NCBI GenBank assembly: GCA_963745835.1
Contig: CAVUZH010000001.1
Span: 64,001-128,000, forward strand
Length of the DNA: 64,000 nucleotides
Source: an uncultured delta proteobacterium
GTDB lineage: Bacteria; Desulfobacterota; Binatia; UBA9968
Direction: 5' to 3'
Made by a program: the position numbers and the translations under genes. The notes below the pieces were generated by a model. It had not been told where the DNA came from and did not search any database. It saw only the letters and a list, made by a program, of their open reading frames with translations. Position 1 is the stretch's first letter. Each line of letters opens with the position of its first letter. Shown here one piece after another: positions 33,049 to 43,500 of this stretch.

Positions 33049-33636
33049 ATGGGACGCACCGGCACGGTTGAACGTAAGACCAAGGAAACCGAAATTGTAG
33101 CTTCGGTTGATCTCGAGGGCAGCGGCAAAGCGGACATTGAAACCGGCATGCCCTTCTTCAACCACATGTTGGACAGCTTTTCGCGCCACGGATTGTTCGA
33201 CATAGAGCTTCAGGCAAGGGGCGATTTAGAAGTTGACTATCATCACACTGTCGAGGATGTCGGTCTGGCATTGGGTGAGGCATTCAAGAAGGCACTGGGC
33301 GATAAACAAGGGATTCGCCGCTTCGGCGAGGCAAGCTGCCCGTTAGATGAAACTTTGGCGAAGGTGGTTATCGACTTGAGCGGCCGACCCTATCTTTCGT
33401 ACAACGTGAAAATTCGCCCCGGCCGAGTCGGCAGTTTCGATACCGACCTGCCGCATGAGTTTTACGCGGCGTTTACCAACCAGCTGGGCATGAATCTGCA
33501 CATCGATGTGATTCGCGGTGAAAATCCGCATCATATCATCGAAGCCTGTTTCAAAGCGTTTGCGCGCGCGATGGACATGGCGACCGGCTTTGACGAACGT
33601 ATCAGGGGCGTGCTGTCGACCAAGGGTAGCCTCTAG
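33049..33636 (+). CDS. hisB: Imidazoleglycerol-phosphate dehydratase
   Basis: DYHHTVED, NPHHIIEA, STKGSL. Confidence 0.98.
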   Translation: MGRTGTVERKTKETEIVASVDLEGSGKADIETGMPFFNHMLDSFSRHGLFDIELQARGDLEVDYHHTVEDVGLALGEAFKKALGDKQGIRRFGEASCPLDETLAKVVIDLSGRPYLSYNVKIRPGRVGSFDTDLPHEFYAAFTNQLGMNLHIDVIRGENPHHIIEACFKAFARAMDMATGFDERIRGVLSTKGSL

Positions 33637-33701
33637 TTAAACGTCAACTCGTTCAGGTGCTCTCGATCGTCAGATCCGATAAATGAGTAGAGAAAGAGTC
33701 T

Positions 33702-34319
33702 ATGATTGCGATTATTGATTACGGTATGGGCAACCTGCGTAGTGTTCAGAAGTCGTTTGAGCGAGTAGGTTACGAGGCTATGGTCACTCGGGAGGCCGGC
33801 GAGATCGAGTCCGCTCGCGGCGTGGTGTTACCCGGCGTTGGCGCTTTCAGCGCCTGTATGGAAAATCTTGGCCGGTTTGGTCTGATAGAGCCCATTTGCG
33901 ACATTGTCCGGCGCAGAAAGCCGTTTTTGGGTATTTGCTTAGGATTCCAATTACTGTTTTCAGAAAGTGAAGAATTCGGCAGACAGAAAGGGCTCGATCT
34001 GTTTGCCGGCAAAGTCGTTGGTTTCCATTCTAAAGACAGCCTCAAGGTACCGCACATGGGTTGGAACAGTCTCCATAAGAAAAAAGATTCAGCTTTTTTG
34101 GAGGGAGTTCCCAGCGGTGAATTTGTCTACTTTGTTCACTCCTTCTATGTCGTTCCGGAAGACGCTTCGATGATAGCTACCGACACCGAATATGGCAGCC
34201 CATTTGTTTCCAGCATCGCTACGGATTCGCTTTTTGCCTGCCAATTTCATCCCGAGAAGAGTCAGGAAATCGGCCTGCGGATTCTTTCGAACTTCGGCCG
34301 CTTCGTCGCTTCCAATTAA
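33702..34319 (+). CDS. hisH: Imidazole glycerol phosphate synthase glutaminase subunit
   Basis: DYGMGNL, GICLG, PHMGWN, QFHPEKS. Confidence 0.98.
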   Translation: MIAIIDYGMGNLRSVQKSFERVGYEAMVTREAGEIESARGVVLPGVGAFSACMENLGRFGLIEPICDIVRRRKPFLGICLGFQLLFSESEEFGRQKGLDLFAGKVVGFHSKDSLKVPHMGWNSLHKKKDSAFLEGVPSGEFVYFVHSFYVVPEDASMIATDTEYGSPFVSSIATDSLFACQFHPEKSQEIGLRILSNFGRFVASN

Positions 34320-34322
34320 CTC

Positions 34323-35045
34323 ATGATCATTATTCCGGCGATCGATCTTAAACACGGCCGTTGTGTGCGTTTGTTCCAAGGCGAAATGGATCAGGAAACA
34401 GTTTACTTTGAAGATCCCTTGGAGGCGGCGCGGCATTGGCTTGATGAAGGCGCGTCGATTATTCACGTCGTCGACTTGGATGGCGCGGTCGAAGGCCGGC
34501 CGGTTCATACGCGGCAGGTCGAGGCAATATGCCGGGAGACTAGGCTGGCGGTGGAATTCGGCGGCGGGCTTAGATCATTGGAGGCTGTCGTAGCAGCCTT
34601 CGCGCTTGGGGTTACTAGAGTGGTGATCGGCACTGCAGCCTACAATGATGCCGGCTTTCTACGTTTCCTGTGTGAAAAATTTCCCGGCCGGATTGTTGTC
34701 GGTATCGACGCGCGCAAGGGCAAAGTCGCCGTCAAAGGCTGGAAAGAAACGACTGCGATGGATGCCGTCGAGCTAGCCAAACGCTGTGAGCAAGCCGGTG
34801 CCTCAAGAATCATTTATACGGACATCAGCCGGGATGGTACAAGAGATGGTGTCAATGTCGATGAGACGCTGAAGATTGCGCGCGCGGTAACGATTCCCAT
34901 CATTGCGTCAGGCGGCGTCGCGAGCCTGGAAGACCTCAGAACGCTAGCGCCGCTTAAAGATGAAGGAGTGGAAGGGGTCGTGGTCGGGAGGGCCTTGTAT
35001 GCGCGAGCTTTCACGCTGCGAGAAGCCACGACGGTGGTTGGTTGA
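34323..35045 (+). CDS. hisA: ProFAR isomerase
   Basis: IPAIDL, HVVDLDGA, TDISRDG, IASGGV. Confidence 0.97.
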   Translation: MIIIPAIDLKHGRCVRLFQGEMDQETVYFEDPLEAARHWLDEGASIIHVVDLDGAVEGRPVHTRQVEAICRETRLAVEFGGGLRSLEAVVAAFALGVTRVVIGTAAYNDAGFLRFLCEKFPGRIVVGIDARKGKVAVKGWKETTAMDAVELAKRCEQAGASRIIYTDISRDGTRDGVNVDETLKIARAVTIPIIASGGVASLEDLRTLAPLKDEGVEGVVVGRALYARAFTLREATTVVG

Positions 35046-35216
35046 TCGTTCTCTCCGAAACCGGTCAGGTATTTTTTTCTGCTTTTGAGCATTTGCCGTG
35101 ACATCTTTGTCATCAATTGTCTCTGACACCTTGAAAATCTGCGCGCGGTGATCCTTCTCTGCTTGACGTGCGCTGAAGAGGAAGCCAAAATGGCAGCCAC
35201 AGAAAGGTGTACCGCT

Positions 35217-35564
35217 ATGAAAGATAAAAAGTATTCAGTATTGATCGCCGCTATTTTGCTACTTAGCTTTGCCGCTACGCCAAGCATCAGCATGGCGCAG
35301 GAGGCAAATCAGCAAACCGCCCGGCCGGGTTTCTTTAGCGTTCTCGGCAGCATTGTTTTCACCACGTTGCATGTGCCATTCAAGGCGGTAACATGTGCCG
35401 GGACTCAGGTGACTTCCGCGGTTGCGTACGCGGGTACCTTCGGCGTGGAGGGGCACTATGACGGCGGTACCAACGGGAGAGACATCGGCGAAACGGCCCG
35501 ACGTTCCTGTACCGGGTCCTGGATTGTAAGACCATCCCAGGTTGCAAGAGACTACGGCGAATAA
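35217..35564 (+). CDS. Hypothetical exported protein
   Basis: Signal peptide (MKDKK..SMA), two Cys, followed by a terminator. Confidence 0.6.
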   Translation: MKDKKYSVLIAAILLLSFAATPSISMAQEANQQTARPGFFSVLGSIVFTTLHVPFKAVTCAGTQVTSAVAYAGTFGVEGHYDGGTNGRDIGETARRSCTGSWIVRPSQVARDYGE

Positions 35565-35599
35565 CTCGTAGTCCGCCTGTATCTCCTGCTCTTGCTTTT

Positions 35600-35635
35600 A
35601 GACGAGATGTCCTAGTCGGCATCTCGTCTTTTTTT
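35600..35635 (+). terminator. Intrinsic terminator
   Basis: AGACGAGATG / CATCTCGTCT stem plus T-tract. Confidence 0.75.
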
Positions 35636-35937
35636 GATCAGAGCGTTAAGGTAGTCGACAGTTTATTCGCTACGCTCAAGCATTTTTAATTGTATTTGTC
35701 GTATCAGAGCCTGAATCCCAATCCATCGTATATTTCGAAACGTGCCGATATTCGCGTTCACTAATTCGTATTCCGTCAATCATCCTGGTTAGGATCCTCG
35801 TTCTCCGTAAAAGACATTCACCAAGTCGGGACTGTGGCAATTTTTTCCTGATTGCTTGTAATTTGTAAGCGCGCCTCGTTAACGAAGATTTTTGTACATC
35901 GATGTTACTTGTTCGCCTATAATAGGCCGGAACGAGG

Positions 35938-36699
35938 ATGGGACAGCTACCCCCTGCAACTTTTGAAGGCATCTACTTTTCAGTTGCATCTTCTGCCGCA
36001 TGGGCTCCACATATCGAAACGCCCGATGAGTGGTTGGCCTGGGCTTTCGATGATCGGCCCATCGCAGGTAGATCAACCCCATCGATCCGACCCATGCCGT
36101 CGATATTACGGCGTCGGGCTGGTTTTCTCGGAAAAATGGCGCTGGAGGTCGCTTATCAATGTCTCGGTGCCAGAACTGATGTTCCAACGGTATTCAGTTC
36201 CCGACATGGCGAGGCCTCGCGCTCCGCTGATCTGCTTTTGGATTTGGCTCGCGGGCTGCCGCTTTCTCCCACCTCCTTTGGTTTGTCGGTTCACAATGCG
36301 GCGGGTGGCCTTTTTTCCATCGCACGCGGCGACCGAGCCGCGAATATGGCTCTGGCGGCGGGCACCAGCAGTGTCGAACATGCTGTCATTGAAGCTTGCG
36401 GATTGATTTCGGAGGGTGCGCCGGCGGTTCTGTTGGTTGTTTATGACTGCCCTCTACCTGCTTTGTATTCCGAATTCGAAGATTGTGATGAGCAGCCCTA
36501 TGCTTGGGCATGGTTAATGGAATCGGCAGCTGAGGAGATGTTGTCGCTCCGCTGGGAGGCTGGCTCAGACGTGTGTCCTTTTCAGGGTAAACGCCCGCCG
36601 GGTGGATTAGAGATTCTGCGTTTTTACCTGCGCAAGGATTCAGCGTTAGAGCGGGTTTGCAATAAGCGCCGGTGGCTTTGGTCTCGTCATGTTGAATAG
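35938..36699 (+). CDS. Beta-ketoacyl synthase chain-length factor (ApeC-like)
   Basis: RRR..GKMA, VFSSRHGE, SPTSFGLSVHNA. Confidence 0.88.
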   Translation: MGQLPPATFEGIYFSVASSAAWAPHIETPDEWLAWAFDDRPIAGRSTPSIRPMPSILRRRAGFLGKMALEVAYQCLGARTDVPTVFSSRHGEASRSADLLLDLARGLPLSPTSFGLSVHNAAGGLFSIARGDRAANMALAAGTSSVEHAVIEACGLISEGAPAVLLVVYDCPLPALYSEFEDCDEQPYAWAWLMESAAEEMLSLRWEAGSDVCPFQGKRPPGGLEILRFYLRKDSALERVCNKRRWLWSRHVE

Positions 36700-37460
36700 T
36701 GTCGTCCGTTGGTGGCGTGTCTTTGGCACCGGCGTGAGTTTTTTCGCGGTGGGAGTTGGCGGAGTCCTCGTTTTTCCGGTGCTCAATATCGTTATTCAGA
36801 AGACCGCAGCTGCGTTCGATGCTCGCGCGTCACGTGATTAGTTTTAGTTTCCGCTGCATCGTCGGGCTAATGCGGATTATGGGTGTGTTTCGTTACGAGA
36901 TCACCGGACTAGAACGATTGAAGCGAAACGGACTGCTAATTCTGGCCAATCACCCGACGTTGATCGACATCGTTTTTCTAATGGCTTTCGTCAAGCGCGC
37001 GGACTGCATCGTCAAGAGCGGCCTTTGGCGCAATCCGTTTACACACTCGACTGTTCGTGCTGCCGCATATGTCCGAAACGATGATCATGGCGTCCAACTG
37101 ATCGAGGACTGTGTTGCAGCGATCCGCCGTGGCGGCAATCTGATAATTTTTCCTGAGGGCACGCGCACGCCGAACGATGGCCCAATCGTGCTCAAACGGG
37201 GCGCGGCCAATATCGCGGTACGAGGCTTGTGCAATATTACTCCAGTGCTTATACGCTGCGCGCCGCCGATGTTAACCAAGGGACAAAAGTGGTGGCGGTT
37301 ACCGCATCATCCGTCGCGTTTCACTATCGCAGTTCAAGAAGACATAGACGTGCAGCCCTTTATCACTGGCAGCGGTAGTGAGCTTTTGGCCGTTCGGCAC
37401 TTAACGGATTATCTGCAGGATTACTTTACGAAGGAACAGCCGTCCCATGCAATCGGATGA
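36689..37460 (+). CDS. Lysophospholipid acyltransferase (ApeD-like); +1 frameshift near 36800
   Basis: ANHPTLID, FPEGTR; N-terminus MLNSVVRWWRVFGTG in the upstream frame. Confidence 0.88.
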
Positions 37461-37707
37461 TGATGAAATCAAACAAATGATTATCGATGTTCTTCAGCTC
37501 GAAGACGTTACGCCTGCCGATATTGACGCAGATGCGCCTTTGTTTGTCGACGGACTCGGATTGGATTCTATCGACGCTCTCGAACTCGGGGTTGCCATCC
37601 ACAAGCGTTATGGGGTTACGCTGCCGGCCGAATCGGATGATACGCGCCGGCACTTCGCATCCGTGCGCGCGCTTGGACTTATGATCAACAGCAATCGTAA
37701 AAAATGA
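37447..37707 (+). CDS. Acyl carrier protein 1
   Basis: GLGLDSIDALEL. Confidence 0.93.
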   Translation: MQSDDDEIKQMIIDVLQLEDVTPADIDADAPLFVDGLGLDSIDALELGVAIHKRYGVTLPAESDDTRRHFASVRALGLMINSNRKK

Positions 37708-37717
37708 GGGGACGGAT

Positions 37718-37981
37718 ATGACTTCGGCAAGCCCAGCCAGCATGGAAGAGATTTACCCGTGGTTAGTCGACATATTGCATGACATGTTCGATCTGGATAA
37801 GGCGAAGATCACCGGTGAAGCGAACTTGTACACGGATCTGGACATCGACAGCATCGATGCTGTCGATCTCGCCGTCAAGCTCAAGCAACTTACCGGCAAG
37901 CGGCTGCAACCAGAAGTGTTTAAAAGCGTTCGCACGGTTCAGGACGTTGTGAACGCTCTCGCCGGCCTGCTCGTGAAATAG
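37718..37981 (+). CDS. Acyl carrier protein 2
   Basis: DLDIDSIDAVDL. Confidence 0.93.
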   Translation: MTSASPASMEEIYPWLVDILHDMFDLDKAKITGEANLYTDLDIDSIDAVDLAVKLKQLTGKRLQPEVFKSVRTVQDVVNALAGLLVK

Positions 37982-37984
37982 CAG

Positions 37985-38536
37985 GTGCGTCGCCTCTCAA
38001 CGTTATGGTCCCTGTCAATCATGGTTCTCTACCCTTTCGCCATCTGGTTGGGTCATGGGCAAGTCGAACCGCGGTTTCTTGCCGGCCTGCTACTACTTGC
38101 CGCTTTCATGAGATTGCCTGCGATGAGAGCCGGTTTCGCCGGAATCGGTTGGCTGGTGGGGACGCTGTTGCTTTCTCTTATTGCGTTGTGGGGTAACCAT
38201 TTCCTGACGCTAAAACTTTATCCTGTGTTGGTGAATGCAGCAATGCTAAGCGTTTTCACTTATAGCCTTCTTTTCCCTCCATCTATGGTCGAGCAGTTCG
38301 CGCGCCGGCTGGACCCCGACCTAACGCCACAAAGCGTCACCTATACTCGCCGTGTGACACAGGTCTGGTGCGTGTTCTTTGCTCTGAACGGCGGGGTCGC
38401 GCTTGTTACTGCGCTGTGGGCCTCTGCGGCCACCTGGTCACTTTACAATGGGTTTGTAGCTTATCTGCTCATGGGAGTTCTCTTCGCTGGTGAATATGGG
38501 ATTCGGTGTAACTTCAAGCGGCGACTCAATGGCTGA
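37985..38536 (+). CDS. APE-cluster membrane protein (ApeG-like)
   Basis: LKLYPVLVN, YTRRVTQVWCVFF..NG, WSLYNG..Y. Confidence 0.85.
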   Translation: MRRLSTLWSLSIMVLYPFAIWLGHGQVEPRFLAGLLLLAAFMRLPAMRAGFAGIGWLVGTLLLSLIALWGNHFLTLKLYPVLVNAAMLSVFTYSLLFPPSMVEQFARRLDPDLTPQSVTYTRRVTQVWCVFFALNGGVALVTALWASAATWSLYNGFVAYLLMGVLFAGEYGIRCNFKRRLNG

Positions 38537-40257
38537 AGCGCTAGACATGTTGAGTGTCGCTGTCACGCCGCGCCCGCTCAGCCAAATCATCGCATGGCGG
38601 CGTCAGCGATCCGTAAGCTATGGAGAATTTTTGGATCGCACTCGCGCATGGCAGCGGTTGTTGACTCGAACCTCGGGGCAAACCTTCGCTCTTTCTATTA
38701 GCGACGCCGCCGAGTTTGCCGCCGCCCTGTTCGGCGCTTGGCAGGCAAGAAAAACGATTTATCTGCCGGGTGATCGCCTGCCACGTACCTGCTCCGCATT
38801 GCGTACAATCGTCGATGGCTATTTGGGCGAATTTGCGCCCGAATGGAAGCCCCGGATGCCGACATCCGCGGACGGGTTGGCAGCTGCTGCTGAGTTGAAG
38901 CCTCTGGACTCAAACTTTGCCGGATTAGTTATCTATACTTCCGGCAGTACCGGCGTGGCGCAAGCAATACCGAAAAAGCTCTCCCAGATGTCGGCTGAGG
39001 TAGCCACTCTTGAGGCCCAGTTCGGCGATGTTATCGATGACGCCGACATTGTCGCCACCGTCTCGCATCAGCATATTTATGGATTGCTGTTTAATGTTTT
39101 ATGGCCGCTTAGCGCCGGGCGTGCTTTTGCCGCCATAAATTTCGGTTCTTTAGAGGGATTGACGATGGCGCTCGCCCAACGTGAATCCGTTTTGGTTTCC
39201 ACCCCTGCTCATTTGCAAAGATTACCAGAGAGTTCGCTTTGGGCGCTTGCTGCAAAACGGCTTCGAGCAGTTTTTTCATCCGGCGGCCCTTTACCGCTGG
39301 CTGTCGCCCGCGAAACTAGGCGATTACTCACGCACATGCCAATTGAGGTTTACGGCAGTTCTGAAACCGGCGGTATCGCATGGCGCCAGCAACAGACGGC
39401 ACACGACGAAAAATGGACCCCTCTGCCAAACATCAAATGGCGCATCGATGCCAAGGAAGGCGTGCTCGAAATTCGTTCAGCGCATTTACCGGATGAAGAG
39501 TGGTTTCGAACTGCTGATCGGGCGAAACCCGCCGGAGAAGACCATTTCATTCTCATGGGCCGTGTTGATCGAATTGTCAAAGTCGAAGGCAAGCGGATTT
39601 CACTGAACGCCATTGAAGAGCGCCTAACAGCATCGCCGCTGGTGCGCGCCGCCAGAGCCCTGGTTCTCGATGGTCGTCGTCAACGAGTTGCCGCTGTCAT
39701 TATGCCGTCGGTAAGCGGGCGCGCACAGATTGGCGCAACTTGGCAAATTGGTTTTCAATCGCATGCTGCGCGATTTTCTGCGCGAGACCATTGAGCCGGT
39801 GGGCTTGCCACGACTTTGGCGCTATGTCGATGCTCTGCCGATTGACGCACAGGGCAAGATTACCCAAGCCGCGCTCGTCGCATTATTTGACAATTGGGAT
39901 AGCCGTCCAAGACAACCCATCGAATGCCGAGTGCATCAAAGCGATCAGCACGCCGTCTTTGAGTTAATCGCGCCAAGTGATTTGCTCTACTTCGACGGAC
40001 ATTTTCGTGACATGCCGATCCTCGCAGGTGTGGTCCAGATCGAATGGATCATTGCCTTTGGTCGGCAATGCTTTAATTTGCCACCCTTCTTTCGTGCCAT
40101 ACACGCGCTGAAATTTCACCGGGTGATTTCGCCGAAATTGCCGATCACGCTCGAACTGACGCATGATCCGTTGAAGTCATGCTTATCTTTCAACATCAGC
40201 TCTCACCTCGGGCCGCATGCCAGCGGGCGAATTATCTTTAGAGCAGGCGATGTTTAA
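38529..40257 (+). CDS. AMP-dependent acyl-ACP synthetase fused to a hotdog dehydratase (ApeH+ApeI-like); +1 frameshift near 39728
   Basis: YTSGSTG, HQHIYG, YGSSETGG, GRVDRIVK; downstream frame PRLWRYV..LP..QGK and FDGHF...PILAGVVQ. Confidence 0.88.
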
Positions 40258-40990
40258 CCCGTGCGTCGTGATCCCCATTTTTGACCACGAGGGAACAGTG
40301 AGCGCGGCAGTCGAGGGAGTTCTTACCCAAAATCTCCCATGCGTGCTCGTCGATGACGGAAGCTCGAACAAGTGCTCCGGCGCGCTGAATGAGATCGCCC
40401 TGGCGTCTCCGCATATCACTTTGCTGCGTCATCCGATCAATCGCGGCAAGGGCGGCGCTGTGCTCACCGGACTGCGATATGCGGCTGAGGCGGGTTATAC
40501 CCATGCGGTGCAAGTCGATGCCGATGGGCAGCACCGGATTGCGGATATTCCACGTTTTCTCGAGCAAGCCTTAATGCATCCTGACGCGCTGATTGTCGGG
40601 TACCCGGAGTACGATAGCACGGTGCCGGTGTTGCGGCTCTATGCTCGTTACTTGACCACCATCTGGGTTTCGATCAATACCTTGTCCCGACAAATCAAAG
40701 ATTCGATGTGCGGCTTCCGCGTCTATCCTCTCGGTCCGGTGATCGCGCTCGATCAGCGGATCCGGTTGGGCACACGGATGGATTTCGATACCGAAGTGCT
40801 GGTCCGGCTATATTGGGATGGGCTGCAGATTCTCAATGTCTCCACCCCGGTCATTTATCCGGCGGATGGAATCTCGCATTTCCGTGGCTTCATGGATAAT
40901 GCGCTGCTCTCGCGTATGCACGCAACGTTGTTTTTTGGAATGTTGCTGCGTCTGCCCATATTGATTGCCCGCAAGTGGAGCGCGCGATGA
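40250..40990 (+). CDS. Glycosyltransferase family 2 (ApeJ N-terminal-like)
   Basis: VDDGS, NRGKGGA, DADGQH, DSMCGFRVYP. Confidence 0.92.
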   Translation: MFNPCVVIPIFDHEGTVSAAVEGVLTQNLPCVLVDDGSSNKCSGALNEIALASPHITLLRHPINRGKGGAVLTGLRYAAEAGYTHAVQVDADGQHRIADIPRFLEQALMHPDALIVGYPEYDSTVPVLRLYARYLTTIWVSINTLSRQIKDSMCGFRVYPLGPVIALDQRIRLGTRMDFDTEVLVRLYWDGLQILNVSTPVIYPADGISHFRGFMDNALLSRMHATLFFGMLLRLPILIARKWSAR

Positions 40991-41943
40991 GCCAAATCAT
41001 TGCCGGTCGCCGTATACGGCACTGGGCTCAGATCAATGAGTGCAGCTTCGTCGCCGGGATTTACCTGTTGTTCTGGATTATTCGCGTTTTCGGACGATGG
41101 CCATTGCGGGCTGCGCTTTATCCGGTGGTGCTGTGGTACATGATGACCCGACCTGCAGCCAGGGCTGCATCGAAAGACTACTTGAGGCGATTGGCGCAGT
41201 CCGGAGGGGAAATATTTCTGAAACCGGGTGTCTTCAGCGTCTTCCGCCACTTTGCCTCCTTTGCCGAAAGCATTCTCGAAAAGATGCTCCTGTGGAGCGG
41301 CTTGTATGAAACTGATCAGGTTAAATTCGTCGGTAAGGAGTTGATCATGGCGCAAACTGCCACGCAAAGCGGTGGTTTGCTGATTTGTTGTCACCTGGGA
41401 AATTTGGAATTGAGTCGTTTCCTTTCCAAGCAGATACCCGGTCTCAAATTGACAGTGCTGATCCATACCAAACACGCGCAGCGATTCAATCAACTGTTGG
41501 CGCATCTTAATCCCGAGAGCCAGGTGGACCTCATGCAGGTCACGGAACTTTCGCCGGCCACTGCAATTGTCCTCGCAAGGAAAGTGGCCCAGGGAGAATT
41601 TGTCGCTATAGCCGGTGACCGCATTCCGGTATCACCCCATCCGCGTGTTGCCCTGGCCGAGTTTCTCGGAACGGTGGCGCCATTTCCGGTCGGACCGTAC
41701 ATTCTTGCAAACTTGTTCCACTGCCCTGTGTACTTGATGTTTTCCATGAGTCACGGAGTCACGGCGGAAATTCACTTCGAACTGTTTCATCAGGCCATCC
41801 GCTTGCCGCGTAAAGACCGTGATCAGGCGCTTGCTCGCATAGCGACAGAGTATGCCGGGCGGCTTGAACATTTCTGCCGGTGCGCGCCGCTGCAATGGTT
41901 TAACTTTTACGATTTCTGGAGCCTGGCCACCGTAGACAATTGA
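40987..41943 (+). CDS. LpxL-family acyltransferase (ApeJ C-terminal-like)
   Basis: HLGNLE, AGDR, FPVGP, PLQWFNFYDFW. Confidence 0.88.
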   Translation: MSQIIAGRRIRHWAQINECSFVAGIYLLFWIIRVFGRWPLRAALYPVVLWYMMTRPAARAASKDYLRRLAQSGGEIFLKPGVFSVFRHFASFAESILEKMLLWSGLYETDQVKFVGKELIMAQTATQSGGLLICCHLGNLELSRFLSKQIPGLKLTVLIHTKHAQRFNQLLAHLNPESQVDLMQVTELSPATAIVLARKVAQGEFVAIAGDRIPVSPHPRVALAEFLGTVAPFPVGPYILANLFHCPVYLMFSMSHGVTAEIHFELFHQAIRLPRKDRDQALARIATEYAGRLEHFCRCAPLQWFNFYDFWSLATVDN

Positions 41944-43500
41944 ATGGAGAGCATTGGCGTCAAGAAAACGATCCGCACTATCCGATTCAACATGGATTGG
42001 GTGAAGATCGAAGACATCGTTGATGTTGCCGACGGATTAGCCCGGCCCATATTGTGCCAAGCGCCGGAGTTCCGCTCGGCTATTGCTCGGGGCGCGGAGT
42101 TTGTCGACCGGCTCCTACTTGAAGACGGCAGGATTTACGGCGTGACAACGGGTTTTGGCGATTCATGTATGGTGACGGTCGGGAGTGAATTAGCGGACGA
42201 GTTACCGCGCCACCTTTATACTTATCACGGTTGCGGCCTCGGGGCGTATCTCACACGGGCGCAAACCCGCGCAGTGATTGCGACCCGTCTGACGTCTCTA
42301 TGTAAAGGGTTTTCCGGCGTTAGTGTCGAATTGTTGGAGCAAATGGTGCGCTTGCTGCACGCCGATCTGTTACCGAGAATTCCATCCGAAGGTTCAGTCG
42401 GCGCCAGCGGTGATCTGACGCCGCTCTCGTATCTAGCTGGCGTACTCTGCGGCGAAGGGGAAGTGTGGCGGGAAGGCGCTGCGGCATCCGCGGCCGTGGC
42501 TTTGGCTAAGGCCGGAATCGCGCCGTTAAGGCTGCGGCCGAAAGAAGCTCTCGCGATCATGAATGGCACCGCGGTGATGACGGCTTTGGCATGTCTCGCT
42601 TACTCCCGCGCCGAGTATCTAAGCCGGTTGGTGACTCGGGTGACCGCCCTGGCCTCGTTTGCTCTAGACGGCAATGCCTATCACTTTGACGAAACACTAT
42701 TCTCAGTCAAACCTCATCGGGGGCAGCAGCGGATAGCCGCATGGCTGCGCGCGGATTTATTATGCGACGAACCAGCGCGCAACGGCAGGCGCCTTCAGGA
42801 CCGCTATTCGATTCGCTGTGCACCCCACGTCATCGGCGTGCTGGCCGATGCCTTACCGTGGCTGCGCGAGTCTATCGAGAACGAACTGAACAGCGCCAAC
42901 GACAATCCGATCATAGATGCGGCCGGTGAACGGGTTTTGTACGGTGGTCACTTCTATGGCGGTCACATTGCGTTCGCAATGGACAGCATGAAAAACGCGG
43001 TCGCTAATCTGGCCGATCTTCTTGACCGGCAAATGGCGCTCCTGGTGGACAGTCGTTTCAACAACGGCTTGCCCGCCAATCTGTCCGGCATCGAGGGACC
43101 GCGTCTGGCGATTAATCATGGGCTCAAGGCGCTGCAGATCAGCGCTTCGGCATGGACGGCGGAAGCACTAAAGCTGACCATGCCGGCTTCGGTCTTTTCG
43201 CGTTCCACCGAGTGTCACAATCAAGACAAGGTCAGCATGGGGACGATCGCAGCACGCGATTGCCTGCGCGTCTTGGAATTGACCGAGCAAGTTGTCGCGG
43301 CGCTGCTGATCACAGTCCGCCAGGGTGTCTGGCTTCGCCGCAGATTGAATCCCTCTGCGAAACTGCAACCGGCGCTACAGAGAATGCTGCACGATCTGGA
43401 GAACGACATTGCCGCCATCGAGGAAGACCGACGGCTGGAGCCGGACTTGCGATTCCTTTTGGAGCGCATCCACAGTCAAGCATGGAACCTATATGAATAA
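41944..43500 (+). CDS. MIO-dependent aromatic amino acid ammonia-lyase (HAL/PAL/TAL family)
   Basis: YGVTTGFG, GSVGASGDL (ASG), QDRYSIRC, NDNP, HNQDKVSMG. Confidence 0.93.
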   Translation: MESIGVKKTIRTIRFNMDWVKIEDIVDVADGLARPILCQAPEFRSAIARGAEFVDRLLLEDGRIYGVTTGFGDSCMVTVGSELADELPRHLYTYHGCGLGAYLTRAQTRAVIATRLTSLCKGFSGVSVELLEQMVRLLHADLLPRIPSEGSVGASGDLTPLSYLAGVLCGEGEVWREGAAASAAVALAKAGIAPLRLRPKEALAIMNGTAVMTALACLAYSRAEYLSRLVTRVTALASFALDGNAYHFDETLFSVKPHRGQQRIAAWLRADLLCDEPARNGRRLQDRYSIRCAPHVIGVLADALPWLRESIENELNSANDNPIIDAAGERVLYGGHFYGGHIAFAMDSMKNAVANLADLLDRQMALLVDSRFNNGLPANLSGIEGPRLAINHGLKALQISASAWTAEALKLTMPASVFSRSTECHNQDKVSMGTIAARDCLRVLELTEQVVAALLITVRQGVWLRRRLNPSAKLQPALQRMLHDLENDIAAIEEDRRLEPDLRFLLERIHSQAWNLYE

